DNA of 64,000 bases from IMG/VR virus record IMGVR_UViG_3300029747_000004. One strand, written 5' to 3'. How positions within the stretch are numbered: the first letter of the stretch is position 1; every line of letters starts with the position of its first letter. The stretch comes from a virus. Its lineage: Duplodnaviria > Heunggongvirae > Uroviricota > Caudoviricetes. The notes under the pieces were generated by a model. That model was not told where the DNA came from and made no database searches. It saw only the letters and a list, made by a program, of their open reading frames with translations. Both the position numbers and the translations under genes were made by a program. Positions 45,400 through 54,935 of the stretch are shown in pieces.

Positions 45400-46275
45400 T
45401 TATCCCGCCTCCATTAATTCACAACTATAACTCCATACAAAACCGCCAACAGTTTTATAACTTTTATGTCCTGTACAACATTTGCTTATATGACCGGGAT
45501 TTAATCCAGTCATTTTCGCAGCCTTGGTTACTGACTCATAACTATTTATTAAATTTAAATTTATATCAAATTGATACACTTTTTTTGCTACAAATCTAAT
45601 ATTGCCATTATATTTTTGTGGAGGATCATCAGTAACGTACCTCCATTGGAATAGCCCAGATAGACAATTTTTAAATTTACATGATCTAATAATATTCACA
45701 TGAGATGTCCCAGGGACAAATCTTTCTGCAGACTTAGCAGATGGATATTCTGCTATAAAATTTCCATCTAAATCATATTGTCTGACGGGTGTCCCCTTTT
45801 TCTTACTAGAATATTCTTTTGCTCGCTCCCAGGCAATATTAGGATCATAATTTTTATATCCCTTTAATATTTGAGTCAAATTTGAACGACTAATGCACAT
45901 ATGCTCTGCTATTTCAGCAAGTGATTCACCATTATCATATCTTAGAAAAACTTCATCATATTCAATGTATCTTGTGCCACCACCGCCGCGCGTCATATTG
46001 TACCCATAATTCCTATCGTAACTATTGTAAAAATCTATCCAAAAAATTTCTCTTTCATCCAAGTATTTTATATCACAACTTTCAATTTCTTCTATAATGA
46101 AATTTTCTTTACCGTATTTCCTTATTGAATTATAAAGATGATATTCATACCCCTTACTATCTGAGTTTTTAGAACACTTTAAATGCTCTTTCCATCTAAA
46201 TTGTATATCACGAATTGTTTGTCCTATGTAAATCTTACCATTAACCAAATTTGTAATCTTATAAATAGAAGCCAT
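45400..46275 (-). CDS. free-standing GIY-YIG homing endonuclease with NUMOD1 domains
   Basis: SIYKITNLVNGKIYIGQT...RW..H...E..WI...GYN. Two V.QYD..G..I..Y.S...A NUMOD1 repeats. GGAGG RBS before ATG 46275. Confidence 0.92.
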   Translation of the reverse strand: MASIYKITNLVNGKIYIGQTIRDIQFRWKEHLKCSKNSDSKGYEYHLYNSIRKYGKENFIIEEIESCDIKYLDEREIFWIDFYNSYDRNYGYNMTRGGGGTRYIEYDEVFLRYDNGESLAEIAEHMCISRSNLTQILKGYKNYDPNIAWERAKEYSSKKKGTPVRQYDLDGNFIAEYPSAKSAERFVPGTSHVNIIRSCKFKNCLSGLFQWRYVTDDPPQKYNGNIRFVAKKVYQFDINLNLINSYESVTKAAKMTGLNPGHISKCCTGHKSYKTVGGFVWSYSCELMEAG

Positions 46276-46321
46276 AATTATTCCTCCAATAACAACATTT
46301 CTAAAAATAAAAAAAATGACG

Positions 46322-46489
46322 TTATCTATTATCACGCCATTTTTGTAATAAAATATTTAATTTTTCAGTTCCTTCGAACAACCAATACCTTTTCCCTGTT
46401 GATTGGTTTATAGCTGCCGTAACATATCTTAATCCATTGTTTTTTAAAAACTCTTTTTGTGGATAACTATAACAATAATAATATTTCAT
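46322..46489 (-). CDS. 55-aa conserved phage protein (DUF5659-like; not in ORF track)
   Basis: MKYYYCYSYPQKEFLKNNGLRYVTAAINQSTGKRYWLFEGTEKLNILLQKWRDNR with AAGGGG RBS. Family assignment is from recall only. Confidence 0.65.
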   Translation of the reverse strand: MKYYYCYSYPQKEFLKNNGLRYVTAAINQSTGKRYWLFEGTEKLNILLQKWRDNR

Positions 46490-46512
46490 TTTTCTTGCCC
46501 CTTTATTTAGTA

Positions 46513-46872
46513 TTATCCTACAGGTTCATCATCATCTTTTGTTCCATTTACAAAATCATTATCACCAGAATTATGAATAACTTTACTAACACGGATTCCA
46601 GCTAAACAAGCCAGTTCCGAACCCATAAATGCATAAAAACAAGTAGTAAGCGTCGAATCTATAGACACTCCAGTAACATATGTAAGCCAAAAACTCGCAA
46701 CAGTATAAATAGTAATAGCACTCACTATCACAACCAGCATAATATTTGAAACCTTGCGCTTGCTACTTGGATAATACTCCGCATATTTATCAACTATCTC
46801 TTGCTTTGCTTTCTGACGTTCTCCACGTTTTTCGATCCTTTTTAACCTTTTTTGAAACAATTTTTCAAACAT
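46513..46872 (-). CDS. two-TM membrane protein, holin-like
   Basis: Two hydrophobic helices. Directly follows the CHAP lysin. Confidence 0.6.
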   Translation of the reverse strand: MFEKLFQKRLKRIEKRGERQKAKQEIVDKYAEYYPSSKRKVSNIMLVVIVSAITIYTVASFWLTYVTGVSIDSTLTTCFYAFMGSELACLAGIRVSKVIHNSGDNDFVNGTKDDDEPVG

Positions 46873-46884
46873 AAGTACCACCAC

Positions 46885-47682
46885 TTATTTTAACAATTTC
46901 CCCCATGTTTGCGCTCCGACAATTCCATCAGCATTAATATTCTTTGCTTTTTGAAATTTTATAACTGCATTGTAGGTCCCTGTACCGAAATCTCCGTCTG
47001 CCCCATAAGAGCCACAAGAATAACCATTACCAATCAATAATATTTGCAGCGCCCTTACAGAATTATTTTTATTTCCTTTTTTCAGCACATCAAGATTCAT
47101 AGTACAAGTTCCTCCATTTGTAACAGTTTGCGTCAAATCATATTTAGGTCTCCCATATGACACAATCCTGTTATAGTTTAATTTATATTTCTTTTCACAT
47201 ACTCCACCGCCGTTAGCAACAACGCCAGACGCGGCAGAAGTATTGCCTTCAATTGTATATACATAGGAATTGTCCACATTATACACAAGTCCCGTATGTA
47301 CGATTTCTCCAGGACTACTCTTGAAGAAAATTTGGTCACCAATTTTAGGAGAGGTATAGAGCTGTCCTTTGGTTTTAAAATAACTCATAGCATACTGGCA
47401 TCCAGCAGCTAGCGACTTATCGGGTTGGCAAAGTAATTTCTTGGCATCTTTTACACCATATGCTTGGACAAATAACCAAGATACAAAACAAGAACACCAC
47501 GGATACCCATTTTTCTTTCCATTATAAAAACCAGAGATATTATCTAAATCCCTAGCGTACTTGGTGTAGTTTTTATCACCTGCATTCGCAGTTTTGCTAT
47601 CAAGATTCATATTACTTTGCTTCTCTAGATACCCAACCTCATTTCTTGCAATTTGTATTACTTTATTAACATCACAACTCAT
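46885..47682 (-). CDS. endolysin (CHAP domain + peptidoglycan-binding domain)
   Basis: PWCSCFVSW, HTGLV and TIEGNT catalytic motifs. C-terminal LQILL...G...ADGDFG..T..AV..FQ...ADGIVG..TW. Confidence 0.92.
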   Translation of the reverse strand: MSCDVNKVIQIARNEVGYLEKQSNMNLDSKTANAGDKNYTKYARDLDNISGFYNGKKNGYPWCSCFVSWLFVQAYGVKDAKKLLCQPDKSLAAGCQYAMSYFKTKGQLYTSPKIGDQIFFKSSPGEIVHTGLVYNVDNSYVYTIEGNTSAASGVVANGGGVCEKKYKLNYNRIVSYGRPKYDLTQTVTNGGTCTMNLDVLKKGNKNNSVRALQILLIGNGYSCGSYGADGDFGTGTYNAVIKFQKAKNINADGIVGAQTWGKLLK

Positions 47683-47695
47683 TTAACCACCCCAT

Positions 47696-47736
47696 AAAAT
47701 AGGACTGCCCCATTGTAATCAACATAGCAGCCCAAT
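47696..47736 (-). terminator. intrinsic terminator
   Basis: TGGGCTGCTATG...GGGGCAGTCCTA-TTTT on the minus strand. Confidence 0.55.
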
Positions 47737-47751
47737 GTATTAAGTTATAAA

Positions 47752-49518
47752 TTATTCAGCAGACGTTCCACAATCAAACACAAATGTTACGGCATCATCA
47801 AAATCAACAGCGACATCCGTGCCAGTCTTAGTCGCCTTTAGACCAGTGCCAGCAGTAATAGACTGAACCGCAGTATCAAGTTTTGCCTTATCGCCATCAG
47901 CGAACTTAGCAAGCTCTGTAGCATTAGCATGACTATGCTTCTTTGCAACAGCGTCAGCCAGGTTAACCTCAGTTTGAGTATAAGTATCAAGTAACGCCTT
48001 ATTAGCGTGTTCATGCGACTTGGCGGCAATTGGATCAGTAACAGCCTTAATCTGTGCAGCTACAGAAGTATCACCAACCTTAGTCTGTAAGGCAGCAATA
48101 GCGGCATGTATTGCGGTCACATCGTCTGGGTGATCCTGAATCCACTGTGCGATTTCCTGTAGCGTGTTAAGAGACTCCTTGGCATTCTCAGGAATTAACT
48201 GTGCGGCAAGTTCCTCGTTTGCAATAGTACGGACAGACTTGCTCGCATCATCTCCAATAAGAGTAGTAACCTTATCAAGCTCGGTCTGAAGACCAGTTAC
48301 GTCAGCAACTGCATGAGTGTGTTTCTTCGCAGCGTAAGTTTCGCTATAGTCAGGAAGATCAGCACGGGTTACAGTAATAATACCATCAGTTTCAGAAACA
48401 GCAGATACATACTTGCCGTCAACTGCTGTGTCAGCCTTGTCTAGCTTGTTAATTTCCGCAGTAATCTGAGCAGAGACAGAGCCGCCTTCGCCAATAGATG
48501 CTTCTAACGCATCAACACGAGCATCCATCGCTGTGTCAAGCTTATCTGCATACTTTTTCGCACCAGCAATAGTAGCAGAAGCATCAGTGTCGGAAGTACC
48601 GCCCTTTAACTCAGTCTTAGCAGCAGTGACAGCAGTACTAATCTGAGTTGCTACAGCAGTATCACCAACAAGAGTATTTAGAGTAGCAATACTTTCCTTG
48701 TTTGTCTTAATGTCTGCCTTAACAGTAGAGTCATCGTATGTAGCGGCAGTCTGTGCGTCAGAGATCATCTGTACAACAGTCTTATTATCTGGCACAGTAC
48801 CAACCTTCTCGCTTAGAGTATTCACGCTAGCCTGTGCATCAGTACCAGCCTTCTTAGCTGCAGCAATAGCATCATCCTTAGCATTAGCGTAGCCTTGCGC
48901 TTCGGTCTTGGTAGCATAATCACCAGCAGCCTGCTTCTTACCAAGTTCAGTCTCTACAGACTTAAAGTCATTAATAACGTCGCCTGTCTTAATGCCAGTA
49001 ATGGCAGCATCATTAGATGTCTTATACTCATTTAGGGCAGTCTGAACCTTTGCGGCCTCGCCCTTAGCTTCATAAGTATCAGCCAGCTTTAGAGCAGCAA
49101 TAGCATCAGAAATCTGAGTAGCAACAGCCTTGTCACCAACCTTTGTTTCCAGTGCATCAATATCACCCTCTGCAGTAGTAACACGAGTTGTAAGAGCGGT
49201 TAGGGCCTCATTAGTAGCAATACCAGCGTCCTTAATAACATTGTTGATAAAAGTGGTTAGAGCAGATTCAGATTTTGCCGCAGAAATAACGTCAGACGCC
49301 TTCGCGTAGAAGCTCCAACCAAGATCTTTGAAAGTTTTAACACCATCTTCGCCAATCTTAACCATTACAACTGGCTCAGTCAGACCAGTGCCTGCGGAAG
49401 CAGCGACAGTTGCGAACGCAAGTTCGCCCTTTTTGAGAGGTAGAGTAGAACTATTCCAATTTTCCAGGGTATCAACTTTTAGTAAAATTCTAGTGTTTAG
49501 GATTTTCTCGGTAGCCAT
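47752..49518 (-). CDS. coiled-coil fibre protein with Mtd_N-like N-terminus
   Basis: RILLKVDTLENW...LKKGE...KIGEDG N-terminus, VGD.AVA.QI repeats, LNTLQEIAQWI, and C-terminal FVFDCGTS. Confidence 0.8.
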   Translation of the reverse strand: MATEKILNTRILLKVDTLENWNSSTLPLKKGELAFATVAASAGTGLTEPVVMVKIGEDGVKTFKDLGWSFYAKASDVISAAKSESALTTFINNVIKDAGIATNEALTALTTRVTTAEGDIDALETKVGDKAVATQISDAIAALKLADTYEAKGEAAKVQTALNEYKTSNDAAITGIKTGDVINDFKSVETELGKKQAAGDYATKTEAQGYANAKDDAIAAAKKAGTDAQASVNTLSEKVGTVPDNKTVVQMISDAQTAATYDDSTVKADIKTNKESIATLNTLVGDTAVATQISTAVTAAKTELKGGTSDTDASATIAGAKKYADKLDTAMDARVDALEASIGEGGSVSAQITAEINKLDKADTAVDGKYVSAVSETDGIITVTRADLPDYSETYAAKKHTHAVADVTGLQTELDKVTTLIGDDASKSVRTIANEELAAQLIPENAKESLNTLQEIAQWIQDHPDDVTAIHAAIAALQTKVGDTSVAAQIKAVTDPIAAKSHEHANKALLDTYTQTEVNLADAVAKKHSHANATELAKFADGDKAKLDTAVQSITAGTGLKATKTGTDVAVDFDDAVTFVFDCGTSAE

Positions 49519-49552
49519 AATTAACAATCTCCTTTAATTATATTTTTATTTC

Positions 49553-49566
49553 ATTCATTTTGTATT
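49553..49566 (-). repeat. recurrent intergenic motif AATACAAAATGAAT
   Basis: Exact copies at 49553-49566, 56261-56274 and 61187-61200. Variants at 9069-9082, 44988-45001 and 55696-55709. All are intergenic and in the same orientation. Confidence 0.7.
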
Positions 49567-49573
49567 ATCTAAA

Positions 49574-51436
49574 TTAAGCAGAAGCTCCTCCATCAAGCAC
49601 GAGATAATCACCGTCAGTCTGCACAAGCTTATTAATATTCAGACTATTAACTTCCATAGTACCATCAGTGCCAACTGCAACCTTATTCTCTGCAGTAGAA
49701 CTCATAACAACACCAAGAACAGTACCAGTAGCTACAGAAATATCAACACTCTTATCAGTGATATTAAGAGCAGTACCGCCAACTTTAACAGACTCGATCT
49801 TATTAGCCTGAGCACCAGCCTCAATACCATCCAGCTTGGTTTCTTTCTCTGTGCTTAGTAGACCAAGAACAGTATCCCTATTAGTAGTAATCCAAGAGCC
49901 AAGCTCTTTAACATTAGAAGCATTAATTTCGCCACTAATTTCAACCGTGCCGTCTTCGGACAGCACAAGTTTCCCTAGCTTAGTAGCTTCGTCAGCAGTA
50001 ATTAGACGAGCGCCCTCAACTTTATCAACTTTATTACCAAGAGCCTCTGTTAAACCACTAACCTTACCCATTGCAATATCAAGCAGGGTTAACTTCTTAG
50101 CCTCATCAAGACCAAACTGAGCGGTATCAACACTATCAATCACATTAACCTGCGCACCTTCAGCAATACCTTCCAGTTTAGTAATTAGAGTATCAGAGAC
50201 AAGAGACTTGCCGTCTTCGACCGCTACCTTACCAGCAAGTGCATCAGACAGGCCGGTAACTTTGCTCATAGCAACGTCTAGCAGGGTCAGTTTTCTAGAT
50301 TCATCAACCGCGAACTGAGCATCATCAACAGCAGCAATAATGTTCTTTTCTGCGCCGACATCCTCTAGTGCCTTAACGCGTGTGGTTAGCGCAGTGAGGT
50401 CTGCGGCTTTTGCATAGTCACCAATCTTAAGAGCATCAACAACTTCCTTAATATAGGCAACAATAGTTGTAGAAGTTGCGCCCTCTGGTAGCGATCCAAC
50501 AAAAGTTTCAAGAGCATCAATCTCGCCCTGAAGCGCAGTCTTATCTGCACCCTTTAAATAATCCTTCTCAATATTGGATACACGGGTAACTAGCTCTGCA
50601 CTTGCAGTAGTATCAGACAGAATCCAATCGGCAATTTCCTTTAGAGTATCATATTTCGCATCAATACCGGCATCGCCCATAATTGCAGTAATAGCATCTG
50701 TCTTAGCCTGAGTTGCCTCTTCGGTGATCTTTGTCTCAAGAGCAGTTTTATCAGCGGCCTTTAGATAATCACCTTCAATAGTTGCTACACGACCAGCAAG
50801 AGTTGTGTCATCATAGACAGACTCGTTAATCATTTCAACAACAGTCTTACCCTCAGTAACGTTACCAATCTTTTTGTTAATGGCAGTAATGCTAGCAGTG
50901 TTGTCTGCGACACCTTTAACTAGGCCACCTTCAGCATTACCAACAGTTGATTCTACTGCGCCAATTCTAGTCTTCAGACCTTCAATTTCGGTAGCCAGAC
51001 CTTCAACAGTAGTAGCGCTAGGTTCAACCCATGTAAGTTTACCGTCAACCAATAGTGGCTGATAATTAATTTTAGTTACAACTCCCTGATCGTCTTCTCT
51101 AGTTAGCTGCAGACCAGCAACACCATATAGACTTACAGTACCGTCTTCAGCTACAGTAATAGTAGATTCATCACCAACAGGAGAAGTACCAACCTTCTTT
51201 AGAGTGCCCGCTACATCCTGAATAGCATAAACAGTTGCAATATTATTCTCGCTATCAACAACAGTTAAAATCTGTCCAACATATGCAACAGGGTCAGTTT
51301 TCGCATAATTCTGAGCCGCTTCTAGACTTGCCCATACGGAACTATTATCTAATGGATTAGGATTACCACGTCTGAAATTCAGGGGGAAACCTAGTCCATC
51401 AGCAGCAGTGTATTTATCTAAATTATATTTTGCCAT
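49574..51436 (-). CDS. coiled-coil fibre protein
   Basis: N-terminal F.R..P.PLD...AYVGQI domain, YDTLKEIADWI, KVDKVEG, GAQ.N.I repeats, and C-terminal LVLDGGAS. Confidence 0.8.
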   Translation of the reverse strand: MAKYNLDKYTAADGLGFPLNFRRGNPNPLDNSSVWASLEAAQNYAKTDPVAYVGQILTVVDSENNIATVYAIQDVAGTLKKVGTSPVGDESTITVAEDGTVSLYGVAGLQLTREDDQGVVTKINYQPLLVDGKLTWVEPSATTVEGLATEIEGLKTRIGAVESTVGNAEGGLVKGVADNTASITAINKKIGNVTEGKTVVEMINESVYDDTTLAGRVATIEGDYLKAADKTALETKITEEATQAKTDAITAIMGDAGIDAKYDTLKEIADWILSDTTASAELVTRVSNIEKDYLKGADKTALQGEIDALETFVGSLPEGATSTTIVAYIKEVVDALKIGDYAKAADLTALTTRVKALEDVGAEKNIIAAVDDAQFAVDESRKLTLLDVAMSKVTGLSDALAGKVAVEDGKSLVSDTLITKLEGIAEGAQVNVIDSVDTAQFGLDEAKKLTLLDIAMGKVSGLTEALGNKVDKVEGARLITADEATKLGKLVLSEDGTVEISGEINASNVKELGSWITTNRDTVLGLLSTEKETKLDGIEAGAQANKIESVKVGGTALNITDKSVDISVATGTVLGVVMSSTAENKVAVGTDGTMEVNSLNINKLVQTDGDYLVLDGGASA

Positions 51437-51451
51437 AACTCATTTCCCTCC

Positions 51452-52711
51452 TTATGCTAAAGTAATCTTATGTACTTCGCCAGCATCAATTGCAGCAGGC
51501 TCATACACATACACATTGTACGAAACAGCAGCAGCACCATTTACACCCTCTACCTCAACAGCATTCGCGGTCTTTACATAAGAATCCGTTACAGGGGTGT
51601 TCATAGCAGAAGTCAGAATAACTTCCTTTAAACCAGCACGAGTAGAAGATGCTGGAATTGCAATAACAATTCTCTTAGCGGTCGCACTACCATTTAGAGT
51701 AAAAGTCTTGCTACCATTATAAGCACCGCCATTGGTCATTCCACGAATAATCGCAGAAGTTAGAGGTGCATTAGCGGTTGTAGTATCTAGTACACCGTAG
51801 AAGAAACTACGATAGCCAGTAACTGCACTAGAAGTGGTAGACTTAGAACCAGCCGCAATCTTACCAGCCTCATATGGGGTCTTCTTATTGGTTACAGGAA
51901 CCGCACCCTCGGTATGAGTGGCTTTCGCTGTAATCTTATAGTTAGTACCGTCAGCCACAGTAATCTCCGGGAATGTTCCAGAAGCAGATGCAGAAGTATT
52001 ACCGTCAGTATCAGTAATTTCCCATGTAGTCACCGTAACATTAGTGGCTGGTCCATATGTGTAACTACCCGCATTAAACGTAGCGGAATAAGAAGGAATT
52101 ACCTTAGAGCCAACTTCATGCGCCTTGGCCTGAGAGAAAGTTAGCGCCACTTTGGGCTGAGTAGTAGTTGGATTCTGCTCTTTAACAAACATTGCTTCAA
52201 ATACTTCCTTAATATTCTTGCCACTAGAAGGAATTGTACCCTGCCCATTGGTCAGTGTAATATAACCAATTTCCTTCGTAACAAGCATGTCCTCGTCAAA
52301 ATAGACATTGTCCGCATTGTAGTTACCATCCATGGCAACCCATTTAGCACCATCATAAACATAGGCAGTGTGAGAATACTTGCCATCGGCAATTAGAGTT
52401 TTTACAATAAAAATATCATCTTTGTGTGTTTCGCCAACATTGCCAGCCGCTAAGACTCTGGCGATAACTTCCATGTCAGACTCGCCATTCTGCTTAACGC
52501 CCTCGTAATGAGAAGCTGCCGTAGGAATTTCACCCGCATAAATGGCATGTAGGTTTTCATATGTAGTAATACCATCGCCGATCTTTAATGTACCTGCATT
52601 AATATCATAACAAGGTTCGCCTGCGGCTGGTACAACATCTTTATTTGTAGTCCAGTTCGCTGAAGTGTCTCGCTTGAACTGGATTACAGTACGTAAAGTT
52701 TGATTCGCCAT
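51452..52711 (-). CDS. fibre/adaptor protein with Mtd_N-like N-terminus and beta-rich (Ig-like) C-terminal domains
   Basis: IQFKRDTSANW...PAAGEPC.D...LKIGDG..TY..L N-terminus followed by a Thr-rich beta region. Confidence 0.8.
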   Translation of the reverse strand: MANQTLRTVIQFKRDTSANWTTNKDVVPAAGEPCYDINAGTLKIGDGITTYENLHAIYAGEIPTAASHYEGVKQNGESDMEVIARVLAAGNVGETHKDDIFIVKTLIADGKYSHTAYVYDGAKWVAMDGNYNADNVYFDEDMLVTKEIGYITLTNGQGTIPSSGKNIKEVFEAMFVKEQNPTTTQPKVALTFSQAKAHEVGSKVIPSYSATFNAGSYTYGPATNVTVTTWEITDTDGNTSASASGTFPEITVADGTNYKITAKATHTEGAVPVTNKKTPYEAGKIAAGSKSTTSSAVTGYRSFFYGVLDTTTANAPLTSAIIRGMTNGGAYNGSKTFTLNGSATAKRIVIAIPASSTRAGLKEVILTSAMNTPVTDSYVKTANAVEVEGVNGAAAVSYNVYVYEPAAIDAGEVHKITLA

Positions 52712-52737
52712 TCTAAAATCTCTCCTTTATATATTAT

Positions 52738-53748
52738 TTAAACAGCACTACCGCCATCTAGAACAAGTGTAGTTTCCGCATCATTAACTAATTTTGCAAC
52801 ACTAACACTTCCAATACCAAGAGCGCCACTCTCTGAAATTGTTACTTCATCAGAAGCCGCTAAACCCGCACCAATAGGTACAACTACAGATTTATCCGCA
52901 ACAGCAAGCACATTTTCACCTAGTTTGACAGTTTCAATTTTATTAACCTGTGCGCTTGACTCAACACCATCTAGTTTATCAAGTAACGTATTAGTAAAGT
53001 CATTCGTAGATAGTCCTTTATCTGGAACTGCGTCAACCTTACCAGAAACAGCTTCAGTAATCTGAGATGCTACACTCGTATCACCAACTAGACCCTGTAA
53101 AGCAGTAATGTCAGCAGCCATATTAGCAGTCTCGCTACCATGCGCCGCAACATAATCAACAAGCTCTTTGAATGTATTTACAGTACCATCTTCAGAAATT
53201 TTATTTGCAAAATCATTGATTTTAGCATCGATCTTAGCATCAACCGTGCCTTCACCGGTACCGTCCATTTTAGTCTCAAGAGAAGAAACTCTATCCGCAA
53301 GAGGAGATTGTCCTTCTCCCGTAGGAGTCAAAATTTCTTGTACTGCGTTTACTTCAGACTGTAGATTTTTTACATCAGACTGCAACCCAGCAACTGTAGC
53401 TTGCAAACCTTCAACGGTCTCAGTTGAGGGCACAACCCATTCTAGCTTGCCTTCGGCATTCTTACGAGGTTGTGCGCCAGTCTCAGCCGCATCAAAACCA
53501 ACAAGTTTAAACACATCATCTACAAGAACAATTGAGTTTCCATCCGCAGATACGGCAACACCACTGCCGCCGCCAATAGCACTTAGCTGCTCATAAGTCT
53601 TAACACCATCACCGATTTTTAAAGTACCCAGATCAAGATCAAAACAAGGTTCACCCGCAGCAGGTATTACACTCTTATTAGCTTCCCATTCCGCAGTAGT
53701 AGCTCTGCGAAATTGAATTCTCATTTTTAGAATTTGCTCTTTTGCCAT
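52738..53748 (-). CDS. fibre protein with Mtd_N-like N-terminus
   Basis: IQFRRATTAEW...PAAGEPC.D...LKIGDG, NTFKELVDYV, KGLSTNDFT, and C-terminal LVLDGGSA. Confidence 0.82.
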   Translation of the reverse strand: MAKEQILKMRIQFRRATTAEWEANKSVIPAAGEPCFDLDLGTLKIGDGVKTYEQLSAIGGGSGVAVSADGNSIVLVDDVFKLVGFDAAETGAQPRKNAEGKLEWVVPSTETVEGLQATVAGLQSDVKNLQSEVNAVQEILTPTGEGQSPLADRVSSLETKMDGTGEGTVDAKIDAKINDFANKISEDGTVNTFKELVDYVAAHGSETANMAADITALQGLVGDTSVASQITEAVSGKVDAVPDKGLSTNDFTNTLLDKLDGVESSAQVNKIETVKLGENVLAVADKSVVVPIGAGLAASDEVTISESGALGIGSVSVAKLVNDAETTLVLDGGSAV

Positions 53749-53797
53749 TAGACATCTATCCTTTCTAAATTATTTTATATATGACAAAACGACAGAA

Positions 53798-54460
53798 TTA
53801 ATATCCCGCCGCACCGCCTCCATCCCACACCTGATATGTATCTTCTTCGTCTATATATCCATCACCATCGCCACCATCAGCGACGTTAATAATAATCTGC
53901 TCCCCGTTACAGTCACAAATCGGAGTGAGACTCTTGTCATCCTCTATCACATGAGGTACCCAGCCCTCATCCAACTTAACAACAACAATATCTCCAGCTT
54001 TACCGTTTTCAACAGCCCACTTCGCCGCATCAACCATATTTGTAAACTTTATAAGTTCCTTTGCACCAGCCTCAACTTCCTTAAGCAATGCCTCAAGCAA
54101 TTCAAGTCTATTAAGAATATCCTCAACTACCGCATCTTGTTCGCATATATAATCAGTAGGAATTGGTTGCTGATATACTGCAAATTTAACAGACTTAATG
54201 GTGCTACAATATCCATCTTCGTCTTTTACACACGCATAAGCAATCAAATTTTTTGGAAGCTGCAACAGTACATCTGGAACATTACAAATTCTGAATCCAT
54301 CTTTATCTGTATATACAGGACGCCGTTTTGAGTGTTCCATGTTGCGATTTGAAAAACGAACTTCTGTAACACGATCATCTAGAACAATTAACTTTTGCTT
54401 AGTGTCCCATTGCCAAAAATTTGTACGTCCGTCATAAATTTTAAATACATTCTGTGGCAC
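53798..54460 (-). CDS. virion/fibre base protein
   Basis: GTG start after GGGGGTGA. FWQWD...IC.VPD.LLQ....AY...P.P.DY pattern (upper-baseplate-like). Ends VWDGGGAAGY. Confidence 0.65.
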   Translation of the reverse strand: MPQNVFKIYDGRTNFWQWDTKQKLIVLDDRVTEVRFSNRNMEHSKRRPVYTDKDGFRICNVPDVLLQLPKNLIAYACVKDEDGYCSTIKSVKFAVYQQPIPTDYICEQDAVVEDILNRLELLEALLKEVEAGAKELIKFTNMVDAAKWAVENGKAGDIVVVKLDEGWVPHVIEDDKSLTPICDCNGEQIIINVADGGDGDGYIDEEDTYQVWDGGGAAGY

Positions 54461-54464
54461 AATC

Positions 54465-54692
54465 TCACCCCCTAACAGACTGTATTGCGTTATTAATCTG
54501 CTCTGATACAGATGTATCTCCAACAAGTTGAGCAATATGCTCAATTTCTTTTCGTAGCATAAAAATCTCATTTTTTAATGTTTGAAATTCTTCTTTATTA
54601 ACAGTTGTATCAATTACTGTATTAAGTTGAACTGAAACTGGGGTGTCACCAATTAGTTCGCTAACTATTTCATTTGTTGATTTGTTTTCCAT
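54465..54692 (-). CDS. small protein made of two fibre-type GDT.V..Q repeats
   Basis: LIGDTPVSVQL and LVGDTSVSEQI. GAGGTG RBS. Confidence 0.7.
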   Translation of the reverse strand: MENKSTNEIVSELIGDTPVSVQLNTVIDTTVNKEEFQTLKNEIFMLRKEIEHIAQLVGDTSVSEQINNAIQSVRG

Positions 54693-54702
54693 GCGTATCA
54701 CC

Positions 54703-54933
54703 TCAATTCAGCTCATGTGCTTGCCATTTTTTATAAAGCTCCTGCATAATAGGAGCCTTTTTAAAAACAAAGACCAGACAGTCTTTTCTTGTTCCCGAAT
54801 AGAGAATATCCACTAAATTTTCAGCAACCTCCTCGGATGCGTTTAAATACTTAAACACTTGCTGGAAATTGCAAATGTATATTGCACTATCAGGATCGTA
54901 ATATTTATTTAACAGCTTTGAATATGTTTGCAT
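54703..54933 (-). CDS. conserved small phage protein (DUF5659-like)
   Basis: 76 aa with N.QQ..KY...D....LVFVF.K......LY.KW pattern. Family assignment is from recall only. Confidence 0.6.
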   Translation of the reverse strand: MQTYSKLLNKYYDPDSAIYICNFQQVFKYLNASEEVAENLVDILYSGTRKDCLVFVFKKAPIMQELYKKWQAHELN

Positions 54934-54935
54934 AT

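Noticed and set aside
12178..53596. Numerous 60-150 aa ORFs antisense to or overlapping the long minus-strand genes
   Set aside because: They lack RBSs, have Ser/Phe/Leu-rich composition typical of reverse-frame translation, and are fully nested in well-supported genes.
33729..54692. Invertible shufflon or CRISPR-like array among the fibre repeats, driven by the serine recombinase
   Set aside because: All fibre genes are co-oriented, I saw no identical DNA repeats or flanking inverted repeats, and the repeats are conserved only at the protein level.
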